Positions 61,542 to 64,000 of a stretch of DNA of 64,000 nt are shown here, piece by piece. This stretch comes from Eledone cirrhosa. Its lineage: Eukaryota. Numbering within the stretch: position 1 is the first letter of the stretch; every line of letters begins with the position of its first letter. The notes under the pieces are model-generated. The model had not been told where the DNA came from, did not search any database, and saw only the letters and a program-made list of their open reading frames with translations. Both the position numbers and the translations under genes were made by a program. The stretch covers positions 41,974,001 through 42,038,000 of the forward strand of contig OZ024748.1 of the NCBI GenBank assembly GCA_964016885.1, read 5' to 3'.

Positions 61542-64000
61542 CCTTCTCCGATCTGACATAGAGATTTTAACAAACTATAAAGTAGGTGAACATGTTAAAC
61601 AAACTAAACTTAGAAAATTGAAAAGAAAGTATAGTATAAAATCAACAAGTGACATAGACATGCTGATAGAAATAATCAAGCAAAAAGTGTCGACCAAAGC
61701 TGCTCGTATAAGGTGCTTTGAAAAACGATCTAGATTCTATAAGGACAATAATATGTTCAAAAACAACCAAAGAAACTTCTACAGAAAAATTGGTAAGTCA
61801 ACAATAACTGCTAAATCAATACCACCCAAGGAGGAAGTGCAAGAATTCTGGGAAAAGATCTGGGCCGAAGAAAAAGTTCATAACATACATGCCCCATGGA
61901 TAGACAGACAAATGAAAGATACAGCTCACCTTGAGGAACAAATATGGGAAAACATAACAGTTGAACAGTTGCGCTTGGCTCTAAGAAAAACCAGCAAATG
62001 GAAATCCCCAGGAAAAGACAAAATACAAAATTTTTGGATAAATGCCTTCACAGAGTCTCATGAGCTGTTAGCCCAACTTTACAATGAAATAGTTAAGGAG
62101 CCAGAAAAGATACCATCATGGCTAGTTAACGGCATTACATTCCTGCTTCCGAAGAATGATGAGTCAAACACTCCCAAAAATTACAGATCGATAACTTACT
62201 TGACCACAATGTATAAAATGTTAACATCAGTCCTAACTGAATACACATATGACCACCTGATAACAAATGACCTATTTCCCATTGAGCAGAAAGGGTGTAA
62301 ACGAGGCTCATATGGCTGTAAGGATCAGCTTTTGGTTAACAAAATGATACTGGAAGATTGTCATAATAGACACAAAAATCTATCAATTGCTTGGATAGAT
62401 TATAAAAAAGCATTCGATAGTTTGCCACACAGTTGGCTTGAAAAATGTTTAGAGATTTTCAAAATATCCCCCGTTGTCAGGAGGTTTTTGTCATTCAGTA
62501 TGAAGACATGGAAAACGACACTCCTTTTGAATAGCGAAACAAAATCACTGGAAGCCGGAGAAGTTAATATTAATTGTGGAATTTTTCAGGGTGACTCTTT
62601 ATCACCGCTTTTATTCTGCATCGCACTTATACCATTAAGTAAAATGCTCAATGAAACAAAACATTGATATAAAGTCTATGACAAAACCATTAATCACTTG
62701 TTCTACATGGATGACCTGAAACTATTTGCAAAAAATGATGAACAATTGCAAGGGCTATTATCTACTGTGGAGCAGTTCGGTGATGACATTAAAATGGAGT
62801 TTGGACAAGATAAATGCGCCAAAGCAACGTTCACCAGAGGAAAGCTGCTGAAAAGTTCAGACATTAATCTTGATTGGGGGAATGTGATAAGAGAACTTCA
62901 TCAAGAGGAAACTTACAAATATCTAGGTGTTTGTGAAGGAGACGGAATCAAGCACTCGACAATGAGGGAAAGGATAAGGAAGGAATGTTACCGCAGAGTA
63001 AGAGCAATCTTAAGAACGGAATTGAATGCAAGGAATAGGATCGATGCCATAAACATGCTTGCCATACCAGTAGTAACCTACAGTTATAATGTCATCAACT
63101 GGTCAAGCACAGAGATCCGTAGGCTCGATACAAAAATTCGAAAATTCTTAACCATGCACAGAATGCATCACCCTAAGGCAGATACAGATAGAATATATCT
63201 CCCTAGGAAAGAAGGAGGACGTGGGTTAATCCAGTTAGACATTGCGTTGAAAACTGCAACAATTGGATTATCTACATATCTAAGGGAATCACATGATTGG
63301 ATGATCAAACTCGTTTTGAAACACGAAAGCATCAAAAGATCATACTCCATTACAAAAGATGCACAAAGATACAGTAATGGACTACAAATTTCAGAAGTCC
63401 CATTTACTGCTGAAATGGAAAACACAGAAAAAGCAAAGCAGGTAAAAGTAACTGCAAAGAAAGAACTGCTACAGAAACTGGCTAAGAAATGGCAAGAAAA
63501 GCCTCTGTATGGAGAATACCCAGAACGAGCTAACAATCCTGATGTTGACAAAACTTTAACGCATCAGTGGTTGGCATCCTCTGGACTGAAATCGGAGACT
63601 GAAGGACTGATTATATCAGCACAAGATCAGTGTCTGCCAACAAAAAATTACCAAGCCAACATAATAAAAAATGGATGCAGCTCATTATGCCGTGTATGTA
63701 AAAAACAACCAGAGACCATTGACCATATAATTTCAATGTGCAGTCCTATAGCTCCAACCGAATACCTAAACAGGCATGACAGAGCTGCACAATACATACA
63801 TTGGATAATGTGTAAGCATCTTGACCTGCCCCATCAAAAGAATTGGTGGGAGCATCAACCACCTCCCATACTTGAAAAAGATCACATCTCAATCTTGTGA
63901 AACTTTAGCATCCAAACAGACCGAAAAATTGATGCAAATAGACCTGATATAATACTGAAGGACTTTAAAAAGAGGGTATGCCTGCTAATTGATATGTCCG
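61542..64000 (+). pseudogene. 5'-truncated R4/Dong-like RLE LINE (RT + CCHC knuckle + restriction-like endonuclease) with two in-frame stops; runs off the window
   Basis: WKSPGKD, EQKGC, WIDYKKAFDS, GIFQGDSLSPLLF, FYMDDLKL, YKYLG, RKEGGRGL, CRVC..ETIDHIISMC, RHD, NRPDIILKD..LIDMS. One reading frame, with TGA at 62665 and 63898. Confidence 0.92.

Overview
AT-rich, repeat-dominated animal DNA. The SINE/LINE repertoire looks like an octopod cephalopod, which is an inference from remembered repeat motifs, not a database result. The only host gene I can support is missing from the ORF track: three short minus-strand coding exons (60050-59988, 18585-18473, 12647-12561). They splice in frame with GT-AG sites into the N-terminus of Virilizer/VIRMA, a subunit of the m6A writer complex. 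Intron 1 is 41.4 kb, and about 39 kb of it is two satellites (406 x 40 bp and about 700 x 32 bp), both with kilobase-scale internal duplications. The rest is transposon-derived: an RTE LINE with an uninterrupted ORF and a PHD finger inside the RT, an internally deleted Helitron with both termini, several truncated RTE copies, tRNA-derived SINEs, and R4/Dong-like RLE LINEs stacked in (TAA)n. Four of the five minisatellite/satellite arrays can be traced, with varying confidence, to a piece of a retroelement. There is also a candidate minimal hammerhead ribozyme and several intronic hairpins. All calls were made by eye.
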